Positions 11,086 through 21,588 of a stretch of 64,000 bases of DNA are shown piece after piece. Source of the stretch: Epithemia pelagica (taxonomy: Eukaryota; Protista; Bacillariophyta). A program made the translations under genes and the position numbers. Where the stretch lies: NCBI GenBank assembly GCA_946965045.2, contig OX337241.1:930001-994000 (forward strand). Direction: 5' to 3'. The notes under the pieces are model-generated. The model saw nothing but the letters and a program-made list of their open reading frames with translations. It was not told the origin of the DNA and did no database searches. Every line of letters begins with the position of its first letter. Position 1 is the first letter of the stretch.

Positions 11086-11100
11086 GGGAATTTCCAGAAA
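11086..11100. promoter_or_regulatory. Putative heat-shock element upstream of the Hsp10 start
   Basis: GGAatTTCcaGAA fits GAAnnTTCnnGAA with one mismatch, about 170-185 bp upstream of ATG 10917. Confidence 0.45.
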
Positions 11101-11817
11101 GACCAGCTGTACCGAAAACGGACGGACAGTAGAGTAAAAAGTACAATTGAGCAAACATGGCGGTTGATGAAACGGTTAAATATATAGGGCAATGATATAG
11201 CAATGATTATTTTAATGGTCAGTCATGGTATGATTTGGAGGTGCACCTCCAACCGCGTAAAATGTGAGTGGAGACTCACCCTTGACGTATCGTTAGTAAT
11301 AATGTAAGACTCCCAACCATCAATCTATGACCTCTACAAGCCATTTTTCTGTCGAAGCCTGTAATTTGACGTTGAATGACGTTACGAGCTCCCGGCTCAC
11401 GATCGCACCACTGCATAATAGCACCACCATCACCATGAACAGTAAAGCCGCAGTGCACCTCCAACGAAAGGTGCTAGCACTCCTCCAACCATCAAGCATG
11501 CCTCAGAATGGAGTGTACCGTGAAGGTTGAAAAGGGCGGCGATGAGTTGGATAGTTTGATCGAGCTACAACTACATTTGCAATGTCTTCCAGTTTGATGA
11601 GTGATGAGGGAAAGTCGTGACAAGAATATCAACAATGGAGACAGATAACGATGGAAAGATAAAGATCACAACGGAGGAACGACGGAGAAAGATTCAATTC
11701 GGGTCAAGGAATGATGGACGACCCGGAAATTGAAACACGGCAATCAGACGGGTGGTTTTCAAGCATCAAGGAAGTATCTGTCAGAAGACGACGACACAGC
11801 TTCTGTTGTCGGCGACA

Positions 11818-13149
11818 ATGGTGGCGGTGCTGCTGCTGCTTCGAGTGGATACCGTGGAGCTGTGGTGGCAGTCGAAGATCGCGTGGTCGTTCTTCTCCTT
11901 CCGCCATGCGACAAACGTTGAGTCACACAGCGTCATTATTGACGAGCGGCCACAACGACCACGACTGGACGAAAAATGGTCGTGCCCGAGGCTGTGCCCA
12001 ATCTACGAATGCAACAATCACGGAAACAAGCACGGAGGGTTGCATCCAAACAACCACCATCACCAGCGACAACAGCACACCAGCAAGAAGAAAAAGAAGA
12101 ACCAACAGGACATTCCAGAGAATCGTTCCTCGAGTACTGCTAGTCGCTTTCATGTTTGGAATTATGCCGAGAAACGACCTCCAACACATGCACATCCAGA
12201 ACGTGATTTAGAGGAGGACGACGACAAGCCCCATTCCGTTGACTCCAGGATTGTTTCTTCCACAGCCTCGTATTTGACCTCGTGTCCGACGGCTGCCTTT
12301 ACCATTGGTTATGGTGTCGGAACCTGGCCGCATCATTTGCCGACAAGCAGCAGCCGCAGGACAAGCAGGAGCAGTACAGATCGTGGGCGGGGAGACGAAA
12401 CGGATGCCGAAACAGGATCATTGTCCTGGTCCTTTTCGTCCGAGAATCCTCCTATCAGCCATGGCAGCCATGTGAGTACAAAAACGACTCTTCTTTCTCG
12501 CTCGCAAGTGGTGCAACAATTACCACCCTGTGAATTTGTGCAGTTTCAATGTTGGTCTCGCCTGCAAGCACCGACTGGTGCGGCGACACAGGTGGCTGTC
12601 GTGCGGGCCGTGACACTGGCGTCGTCGTCGTGGGTGAGGAGTATTACTGCCATGGGTGGGAAACGACGAGGCAATCGCCATTCAAATAAGTACTACAATC
12701 ACAAAACAGACACTCGTACAAACCATGATCCTCCCTTGGGTTGGTCCTGGTTGTTTCAAACCTTTGGTGTCGAACAATTGCACGTGCAAGCCTTGGATCG
12801 AGCCTTGCCCAGCAATCTGCGCAACATTGTGTTGGATCGCTTGCAACAAACGGGTACCACGGCCCAAAACAAAAAAGCCTTGATGCGAATCCTCCACGAG
12901 TTGCCAAAAAAACCACAAGGAAAGGACTCCACAGACCTGGCCTGGTCCTTTCCAGAGTACTACTCGTCCCGTAATCGAAGAATGGTGGTGAACCAAACCG
13001 AGCCGAACCAGCAGCTGCAGCGTCACCCTAAGAGGTGGTGGTGGAACAAGAACCCGCATCACAACAAGATGTGGTGGCATGGCAAAAAGGACAAGACGAG
13101 CCTCGATCATTCTCCTTCTTTTTCTTTTAGCAACAATGATCCAAAATGA
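11818..13149 (+). CDS. Hypothetical low-complexity protein with hydrophobic N-terminus
   Basis: Long ORF with H/Q/K/S-rich tracts and no recognisable domain; start uncertain. Confidence 0.45.
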   Translation: MVAVLLLLRVDTVELWWQSKIAWSFFSFRHATNVESHSVIIDERPQRPRLDEKWSCPRLCPIYECNNHGNKHGGLHPNNHHHQRQQHTSKKKKKNQQDIPENRSSSTASRFHVWNYAEKRPPTHAHPERDLEEDDDKPHSVDSRIVSSTASYLTSCPTAAFTIGYGVGTWPHHLPTSSSRRTSRSSTDRGRGDETDAETGSLSWSFSSENPPISHGSHVSTKTTLLSRSQVVQQLPPCEFVQFQCWSRLQAPTGAATQVAVVRAVTLASSSWVRSITAMGGKRRGNRHSNKYYNHKTDTRTNHDPPLGWSWLFQTFGVEQLHVQALDRALPSNLRNIVLDRLQQTGTTAQNKKALMRILHELPKKPQGKDSTDLAWSFPEYYSSRNRRMVVNQTEPNQQLQRHPKRWWWNKNPHHNKMWWHGKKDKTSLDHSPSFSFSNNDPK

Positions 13150-14038
13150 TGAGGAGTATATGAGGTCGGTTCGTATGGTCAACGACCCTCCTCAGCAGGA
13201 CCTTGTGGTTGTTTCTTCATGGTTCGCCCATGGCAAAACAATCCAAAATCAATCATTGGCCGCCATCATGCTGACCATGTTCTCTCTCTCATTCCCCCAT
13301 AATTTGGCGGCGATAATGCGTAGATACCCCTCTCTCTTGTGGTTTTGGTTGGGGAACAGAAAAGTGCGGGGCAAAAACATCGCTACCATTCGCTATCGTC
13401 AGCGACTACTGGTAGCGACTCCACTCCACTCGTATTCGGTGGAAGTGGAATCGGCATGGGGACACGAGCGAATGCAAGGTGCTTCTCGAGCTACCCTTTC
13501 CTCATCAATAGTAATCGTAGGATTTCGCCCTCGTTTGGATGTTTGCGGGATAGATAAGTTCTGGCGAGCTTAGTAGTTTGGAACCAGTCCAACCATTCAT
13601 GGTTCCCTTGCTATGAACTAGAGGAATGATGTCGCATTCAAAGCAGGGAAATTTTGCAAACATCACATAATCTCTAGTTCATGTGGGCTCATCCACTACC
13701 ACTAATACCTCTCTATCTAGTTGAGGCGAGTCCTTCATCTCCCTGTCTACGACAATGGTAGTGGCGGCATTCAAAGCGATGAATATCATGTTGTGATTTT
13801 TGCCAATGATAGTGACTATTTGTGTTTGAAGGCATTCATGGGCAAATTGGATGAGGCCGAGGACGTACTTGGACATTGCTGGAATGTAAGGTATTACCCT
13901 CTTATCCATCAACAAGGAAACCTATACTCAACTTTTTCAAAATGCTTGTACGGCAGGAACATGAAGACAAACAAAAACATGGTTACTTCTGAATTAGATT
14001 CAACATAGTAGATCCTTCGACTGTGGCTGACCTAGCAC

Positions 14039-14959
14039 TTAGGAGAGACCAAACACCATCATGGCCATTCCAATCCCAAACACCAGTGAGAACGGATTCA
14101 TGGACAGTGTCACACTCGCACCCGACAATAAGGAGGTCTGGTTGTTGTTGGCAGACAAGGATGACTGGAACAAGTTCTCAAATTCCGTCCGTGTAAAACA
14201 AGTATCGGCTCCACTCTCCTCTTGAATGTGTTGGGCCAATTCGGGACTGACTACCGAAGAACCACCAAAAAACAAGTTGACAAAATCCACCACATTGTCT
14301 GCCGTGATACAGAGATCATCCAGAGCGGCTTCACTGCCCTCGGCGCCAGTTGCAACACCGGTGCAGGCCACTACATCGTCGAACAAAAACTTTCCTGATT
14401 TTCCGGCCGGGAGCTGGATATGCTCCATTTCCCAAGTATCAATGGAACCATTCTTGTTGGTATCAATAAATTCAATCGCATCTTGGACCATTGAATCCAT
14501 ATCCAGTCTGTCTTGACTTGCTGAATCATCCACAAGGCCAGACAACAATGACGTGTAGAGAGACCGGAGTATATCGGTCGAGACCGTTTGGCCAGTCTCC
14601 ATACGAGCAACAAGGTCTTCCAAGGTTTGATCCGCTTGTGTCAAAGAAGCGCCCTTGTTTGGCACGTGTGATTGGCCTCCTTGCTGAGACGTGAGGAGAA
14701 AGCACTTGTTGTTGTGGTTCGTTTCTTCTGGAACAGCCGTCAAGGTACGCCGAAGGTCCAATTTTCCGACCACCAATCCAACAAGCAGCAACAAAATCGC
14801 AATCCCAATAAAGACGAGAAAGAATTTGGGCCGCGATTCTTCAGGACTTGGTTGTACGTTCGTGGCGATGTAGAAGAAATTTGTACCATCAGGGAACGGA
14901 ACCGGAACCGGAACACCGCCATTCAAAAGATTGAGATTGCTGGCATCGAATTCGAACAC
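14039..14959 (-). CDS. EF-hand-containing membrane-associated protein, 5' end unresolved
   Basis: EF loop DTNKNGSIDTWE, an N-proximal TM helix and a hydrophobic GPI-like C-terminus. The ORF opens at GTG with no early ATG. Confidence 0.55.
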   Translation of the reverse strand: MFEFDASNLNLLNGGVPVPVPFPDGTNFFYIATNVQPSPEESRPKFFLVFIGIAILLLLVGLVVGKLDLRRTLTAVPEETNHNNKCFLLTSQQGGQSHVPNKGASLTQADQTLEDLVARMETGQTVSTDILRSLYTSLLSGLVDDSASQDRLDMDSMVQDAIEFIDTNKNGSIDTWEMEHIQLPAGKSGKFLFDDVVACTGVATGAEGSEAALDDLCITADNVVDFVNLFFGGSSVVSPELAQHIQEESGADTCFTRTEFENLFQSSLSANNNQTSLLSGASVTLSMNPFSLVFGIGMAMMVFGLS

Positions 14960-14973
14960 AGACCCGACACACG

Positions 14974-15790
14974 ATGTCCGAATTCCTCGTGTGGATTGGG
15001 ATGGTGTGGGTTTGGTCGATCATCGTCGTCCTTGCAATGGCGGCGTACTCGTCGACCCGATACCATTCGCAAGAAAAAGTCATCCTTATCTTGACTGTCG
15101 CACAGTCCGACGGATTTGCATTATGGCGGGGGTGCTTGTTCGTGGTTGGGTATTACCTTGCATTCCTGGGTGGTTCATTATTTGCATTGGTCTTTCCGGT
15201 CCAGTTTTGCTGCCGTTTTTTGAGTGCCGCCGTCGGATTCTTGGTCTCGACCTTGCTCTTTGCCGCAGTCTTGAACGGATTGGGACATCATCATCCCAAG
15301 TGTTTGGCTGGCGTGGACTTTTATGAAGCAGATTACTTTACCGATGCCTTTGTGTTGATGCCTTTGTTTCGAGTTGGACCACCTTTAGTAGGGTACGTGC
15401 ACACACACGCACAAGACACTAGGGACATTTGCCAAGAGGTGGTTGTCATGTTTGTGTTGTATCCATGATTCCATGTGTTTTCTCATACTGTCGTTGTGCA
15501 CACATGTGTGCTGCTGTGGGATTGGTGGTATCTGTATAATACCAGGTGGGATATGGGTTGATTTACAGTGGTATTAGTGCCGATGAACACGATATTCGCA
15601 AATGTACAGGCATGACCATTGTCGTGACCTTGTAGGCCTTTGTCTTTCCAAGGTCACACGAACCCAATCCGTGGCCCAAGTAGCCTTCTTTCGTACACCC
15701 ATTGTCATTCGATATGGATCCATGTTCGAGGTGTTGCTTGTTTGCAAGGTTTGTTCCTCATCTTGCGTAAATGCGACAATGGCATAAACA
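14974..15790 (+). pseudogene. Multi-pass membrane protein gene, apparently degraded at the 3' end
   Basis: Hydrophobic 164 aa ORF with a splice donor near 15392. Downstream exon-like segments carry stops or frame changes. Confidence 0.35.
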
Positions 15791-16056
15791 AAAGCTATGG
15801 TTTGTAAAAACTATCTAGGGGTAACTAGGGCAAAAGCTACTCGTGCTATCTTTCGATTTTCGGGTCCGGTCGCACATGCGTATAATGAGCGCAATCGCAA
15901 AATCGCGTTTTGATAGAATGGCCTGCGTGAAAGCGCGATGCGATTTGGAGGGAATTTTGGTGAGCATGAGCACCAAAATCGCGCTTTTGCGCGTCGATAG
16001 AATGGGCCCCGCATTGCATGCGATCACGCGTGACTCACTTTCATGCTTGGGGGTAA

Positions 16057-16648
16057 GGGCTGGGTAAGCCGATCCATGTTCGGCTAAGTAGGTTCAGTAC
16101 AAAAGCTAAGTAGCGTACATAAAATCCCATAGTACACGTCATACCTGAAATGGTGGGAAGTCCGAAAAAATGCAAAAACACTCCACGATGACGGCGAGAT
16201 CCGTTGATGCCGCATGCATTTACCGATGCATCGCATCAACATCCTACTACTGTAAGTTGTTTGAGTTTGCTAGTATTACTGTGTTCTGCAGCTACAGAAG
16301 ATTTGTCGCGTTGGATCAAAAGGTATACTGGTGATGTAATCCAAAAACCTTCCTAACTCATTCATTTCTCAACGGTGACTGAATCAAATTGAAACCATAG
16401 TTGCTCTAGTATTCAAGAGTATTATTCTAAAAGTGATTCAGTTAGGCTCAATTATCCATGAAGTTATTGCCATGGGGGTGATTTCTTCGACCATTGTCGA
16501 GTGATGGTTTCCGGATTGCACTGTTTCTCGTGGCAGCATGTTTTCGATTTGTGACCATTCGCCCCACTTGTTACAGTGATGAAAATAGTACTACGTAGCT
16601 TAATGTACTGAGCCTACTTAGCCGAACATGGATCGGCTTACCCAGCCC
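16057..16648. mobile_element. Non-autonomous DNA transposon (MITE, 592 bp)
   Basis: 45 bp TIRs GGGCTGGGTAAGCCGATCCATGTTCGGCTAAGTAGG(T/C)TCAGTACA at 16057-16101 and 16604-16648 with one mismatch. No internal ORF. Flanks TAA | TTTT, no TSD. Confidence 0.9.
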
Positions 16649-16754
16649 TTTTGTGGCTCCTGAATACGACGGATACTGAACTCAGCCGTCCTATACCGCC
16701 TTGGCGGTTTCAATCCCCAAGAACGGCCCCGAAACCTACGTCATCTTTAAAGTT

Positions 16755-17888
16755 TCAAATGAACGTTTTAAATTCAAATTCACCGACTCGGCATTCCCGG
16801 ATCTCCATGATGAGTCGTGCGCGCATGGGGACTCTTCCAACTGCCAACCACACGCACCCGATGCACAAATTTGTCGAGGCGTTGTTGCCGCAACCACGGG
16901 TGCCAGGGTGCAAGTCGGTTGGACCATGGCGTTTTGTCGAGGAGCCGACCAACGGCACCAAAATTGCGATCTGAAACACTTTCGCCTCACCATTTTCAAT
17001 CTTCATCTGAACCAGATTCACCACTGCTCCAAACACCTTGTGATGCCCATCCAGATCTCCTCTGTATTTCTCCTTTAAGATATTGTAATGTTTCAGTAAA
17101 TTGTTGACAGTTTCATGTCTCGCCCTGGCATCAGCCATCATCTTGTCTTGATAGTCATTTCTTCCAGTAGGTGTGACAAAGTAGCATCCAGAATCGTTGT
17201 AACCACCATCAGCAATCACTTTCTCATTCGGTAGTAGCTCTTGAACAAGCCAGTCTCTGGCAATCCGTAGGTCTGGCCAAGCGCCACAAGGGAATGCACC
17301 ATTCCACCACACTATCCAGCCAGTTTTCAGGCAGATTCCCACCTCATACCTCACACCTGCTCCCTTAAACTTGTGCGAGTACCATTTTGGATCAAAAGGT
17401 GACGGCTCCAAAATCCTGAAGTCAGTACCATCCAAACTAATGAAACAGACCTGTCCAGGTACACTACAATCAAACCTATTGTCCCATACAATCTGTTATA
17501 AGAACAACAGCAATGGTCAGATATGAGGAGGACGACTTCATGGCAAATTCATGTAGGGCCATGTACTTACATAATTAAGACCACTATACAACAAATTTAC
17601 AAACACTTTGACCCACTTCCTGTAGGTCTTCCTCGTTGTTTTGGCTATTGAGACCATAACATCCTCTGTAGCATAGACTTTCAGAAAAGCCAGTGTCCAC
17701 AACAAATGACGAGGCGATGCACCTTTGGGCAATGAACTGTCCAGTTCATCCCACACATGAACACAGAGCAAAGGAGACATTCCAAAGTAAGAACGAAAAG
17801 CACGTGAGAAATCAAGTGAGTGTGAGTGTCTTGCTCTACCAAGCATTGGCAGAGCCAAGTTGATGAATGTTCGTTGTGTCACCAACAT
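16755..17888 (-). CDS. Harbinger-like DDE transposase (DDE_Tnp_4 type), two exons
   Basis: Exon 17571-17888, intron 17493-17570 (GTAAGT...ATAACAG), exon 2 with SLDGTDF, KWYSHKF, IADGGY, RARHETVN. The C-terminal about 70 aa after VFQI look unrelated. Confidence 0.88.
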
Positions 17889-18225
17889 GGTGGGAGAAAA
17901 TCGCTTTGGAAAATTTATGTTTGCTCAGTGTGTGTCGCGATGCTGACCACACCTTTACTCTGATCTCGGTCTGTCTGTGTGTAGTACTGTCAGTTCATTG
18001 GAACAGGTTTTTTGGAATTTCATCACGTTCATTTGATTGGCTGGTCAGTTGAGCAGCGACACTAAACTTTGTACTGTTCTACATATAGTGACCAATTCGA
18101 ATTCGTGTCCGGTCATTGGAACCGGCCTGGAACGGTGCAGAAATTGATTCAAGTGTTTTCATTCAAAAACTGGAATTTCTGAATGGCCCTACCTCGCCAA
18201 CATCCTATTACTTTCTACATCTTAA

Positions 18226-18448
18226 GCGACCCACATATTGCCCTTATCTTGGGTTAACTGTGGGTCGCTTGATTATATCATTTGAACCACTAGAAAGTGT
18301 CCTGGGTCGGTTTTGAAAAAACAACCTGGCTCGAAAAAATCGACCCAGCTTGTTTTTTTAAAACCGACCCAGGACACCTTATAAGTGCCCAATTCACTTG
18401 GACGAACGACCCACGGTTGACCCAAGGTAAGGGCAATACGTGGGTCGC
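18226..18448. repeat. Compound palindrome rich in CGACCCA heptamers
   Basis: Outer arms 18226-18267 / 18407-18448 (42 bp, 4 mismatches) and inner arms 18297-18324 / 18350-18377 (28 bp, 1 mismatch). Confidence 0.9.
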
Positions 18449-18641
18449 ACTACTTTCAGAATTGGAGCCAAATTGGGCATGGCCTCCTCGATTGAAAAAT
18501 GGAGTCCATGATGAAAACCGACCCAGTCCGGATTTTGGTGAACTGTTTTTAGGGTCATAATTAGTTTTCGTGCGAACAGACCAGTCTGGTTTTGCACTCC
18601 CTCGCGCTTTTGTTTTACGTACTAATAGTACCTATACTCCG

Positions 18642-19704
18642 ATGACCGGGTCTGGCCGCAACACTTTGGGCGAGGGTGCCCTACTTTCGTGGGATTCAAA
18701 GTCAAAAGATGCCGAATTCCTTGACAAAATCGTGTCAGAAGGCTTGATTCTGGAGAGCGCCACACCCAAATCTGTGTGGTTGGAACACGCTGTTTTCCAA
18801 AAGTACAAATTGGAATCATTCAGGTCGGCTCTCAACAAAGCCAAAAGAAAATACCAAGTCCACTTGAAGGATCAACATGAGAGAGAGACTGGTCATGAGT
18901 TGTTGGGTCGTGGTGAGACGGCCCCATCTATGGATGGAAAGGTAAGGAACCCCAATGATGGAGATCTCAAACCAGCTCCTTCTTTGTTTGGGTCGTCCAA
19001 AGGACAAGGTAAGTGCCAGTGTACACTGTTTGTTTGATTGTTGAGTCACTGTCCTTACCTGTTGTGGTTTATTGTCTTTTATGACCAGGTGTTGCTGCCA
19101 AGGTCGCTCCTGAGTCTGTTGTCAGTGACGATGCTATGGTGAAGAAAAGGGCGGCAGGATCCATGCCATTACAGGAGACACTACAGGTACAACTACAACA
19201 AAAGAGGAAAAAGACAAATGAAGAAGACAGTGGTAATGACATGATGAGGAATTGGGAGCCTCCTCATGTCTTGACACAGTGGGTCGACGACAAGAAACAG
19301 CGTCATTTGGTGATTTTGGTGGTGTTGCCTACAGGTATTGCACATGAAGACACAACAAATTGCTTGATTGAAGTGGATCCGAGCCAGCTACAGGTACATG
19401 TGAAGGTAATTTGGCCTGACAACGCAACTCATATCCATTATCTAACCCAACAGAGTGGCATGTCGAGGAGAAAAACCTACGAATGAAACTTGCTTTGGAA
19501 GACGCCATGAATCAGATGCGAAAAAGAGAAACAGACTTTGTCAGGTCAAAGTTTTCTCTTTCTCTTCCTTTCATGGTCCAAAGCAGGTTCGACTACGAAT
19601 TTATGTACGACACAACAAACGGATTCAGAGCGTTGTTGATTTCCCTACATGAGCCGGACGCACAATTTGAAGGCGGCATGAAGCACAAGATGGTGCGTCT
19701 GTAA
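18642..19704 (+). pseudogene. Transposon accessory ORF: N-terminal helical putative DNA-binding domain plus C-terminal alpha-crystallin/HSP20-like domain; one frameshift
   Basis: ATG 18642, intron 19009-19088 (GTAAGT...ACCAG), frameshift near 19475-19485 joining the 19136 and 19483 ORFs. Confidence 0.65.
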
Positions 19705-19896
19705 ATAAATGTAGTATGATTTGGGGCGGTTGCAAAAACCGGGTGGTGGTGGGCCTAAATCTTTCTATTAGTTCTCTATTTGTCCATGTTCATAGTTTAT
19801 GCTATAGTACATCGATTAAGCGTTCTGGTCGTGTTCCGCTTTGTAGTCAGACTTTGCCTGGAATGACAGCGAGCTGCTCAGGATTACCCCAGCTCC

Positions 19897-21588
19897 CAGT
19901 ATGAGGTCTTGATCCCGTTGAAGCGCCGACCGACCGCTATTCTTGGGAGAGAACGCCCAGCTGCCCCATTTTCAAAAACTAGAAGAATCATGCTCCTCTT
20001 TCTCCGAGAAGTACCACATGACTAATGACTATGGTTAAGCCAAAGTCTGCACCTGTATGTTCTGAACATGAGGAAATAACTAAGCACGTATTAGAAGTAG
20101 CATATTTGGTGCGGCGAATCCACAATAACGCGGTGGAGTCCTTCGCTGTTGGCATCTTGTCATTTCAGCTCTACAGTTGGCTCGGTCAGATTGCTCCGAA
20201 GGTTACACTGTATTTGTACCTACCAACACGACGTTGAACAGATTGGGTGCAGCAACCTTCTCAAAGCTAACCAGCGCTCCCTACAAGTCACATCTCAATG
20301 CTATTCTTTCATACCATGTCCTGGCATAACAGTTGAGGCTGGTGCCATTCTGGAGGCTGGCAGACTCCGCGCGAAAACTCTCCAGGGTGAGGGCAGGTTT
20401 GAATCATCGAAAGCTCCAGAGTCGCGGACGTTCGGGCATCTAATGAAATCGTCCAGGTTGCTAATAATGTTCTTTTACCAGACTTCGTATTTAAGTAAAG
20501 CCGCATGTTGATATTGGAAAGGAATCTGGACTTAATTCATTGCTGAGTCCCCTGCCCGAAATTGAAAGCTTGAATGAAAGTTTCCTTGTAGCTGCGGTTG
20601 TGCTGCATCGGTTGCTCTTGATAAATGACCCTCCTATAGCGGGGGACCCTTATTGTATGTTTATCAATTCGTTTTCTCGACCCGCCGACGTTTCGGCGAG
20701 TTCTCGGGGAAAAATTCACTGTACACCACCGATATTTCACGATCATCACTCAGTTGATTCCAATGTATGTCAAATGCTTCATGTTCGCCATCTTCAACAG
20801 GCGAAATTCGAATAGATTCCCAGTTCTTGCAGCGTGCATAGCCGGTGAGGTTGTAACTTCCATAAACAGAGTGTTGTGTGGTAACAAGCGTTTTTTCATG
20901 CATGGAGGACAAGCCGTGTGGACAACACCTGCCCCCAGAAGTGTCCATTGTATCCGCTACTCTTATTTCAATTGCATTGAACAACTGATAACTCTGATAC
21001 CGTTTGTTGTGTTCGAGAAATTTCGAAATAGCTCGGACGGAATTCTTAGTTTCATGAAGAGTCTTCGGGTCCTTGCTGACGTAGTCGATGATGATGCGTA
21101 TTTGATGGCTGGTGGCGTAATGAAATATCAGATCAAATGCAAAGAAATCTGTGATACGGTATCCCTTCATTCGAATCACCGACATTGGGGGCGCTTGATC
21201 AAACACAGCAGCAATCGCCCGTAAAGGGTGATGTTCTGGTACGTCGCTAACACTCTTGTCGAATGGACGGGGCACTGTTCGGTAGAAGGTTTTTGTCTTG
21301 AGATCAATTCCGTTCTTTAGCGTCGCCATGCGCTGATCAAACCACCCATAGCCTTGGTATTCCTCCGGTACCATTACATTGTTGTCCCAGTCTACATCCA
21401 CTTCCGCGGCGGATGACTCACTGGACCGATTCGGGGAGTACTTATGGGATATCCCTTCGGCATCCAAGCCATCCTCTTGGTCGATTGCACTGTAGTCGAT
21501 TTCTTCCACTTCTTCTCCCATGGTGCCATCGCAAACATTCGTCGCCATTAGGCAGAGTCCACCCGTTATGGGAAGGGAGCACTCCAGA
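19897..21588. repeat. Copy 2 of the 1.7 kb direct duplication
   Basis: About 99.5% identical to 8849-10559 by manual comparison, lacking the 19 bp insertion. Confidence 0.97.
20664..21548 (-). CDS. Single-domain phospholipase D-superfamily (Nuc/Zucchini-like) protein, 294 aa from first ATG
   Basis: IRMKGYRIT...IRIIID strand pattern, HEK(x4)T..GSYNLT catalytic motif and downstream NWES. Acidic N-terminal extension; true start uncertain. Confidence 0.75.
   Translation of the reverse strand: MATNVCDGTMGEEVEEIDYSAIDQEDGLDAEGISHKYSPNRSSESSAAEVDVDWDNNVMVPEEYQGYGWFDQRMATLKNGIDLKTKTFYRTVPRPFDKSVSDVPEHHPLRAIAAVFDQAPPMSVIRMKGYRITDFFAFDLIFHYATSHQIRIIIDYVSKDPKTLHETKNSVRAISKFLEHNKRYQSYQLFNAIEIRVADTMDTSGGRCCPHGLSSMHEKTLVTTQHSVYGSYNLTGYARCKNWESIRISPVEDGEHEAFDIHWNQLSDDREISVVYSEFFPENSPKRRRVEKTN

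Larger units (their letters stand above)
16960..19755. mobile_element. PIF/Harbinger-group (PHIS) DNA transposon with two divergent ORFs; left end missing
   Basis: DDE transposase on the minus strand and an accessory ORF on the plus strand. Candidate right terminus GGTGGGCC|TAA at 19755 (TWA target). No matching left TIR found. Confidence 0.7.

Noticed and set aside
16050-19890. GGGGTAAT / ATTACCCC as TIRs of the Harbinger-group element
   Set aside because: Only 8 bp match, with no extension and no TSD; chance-level.
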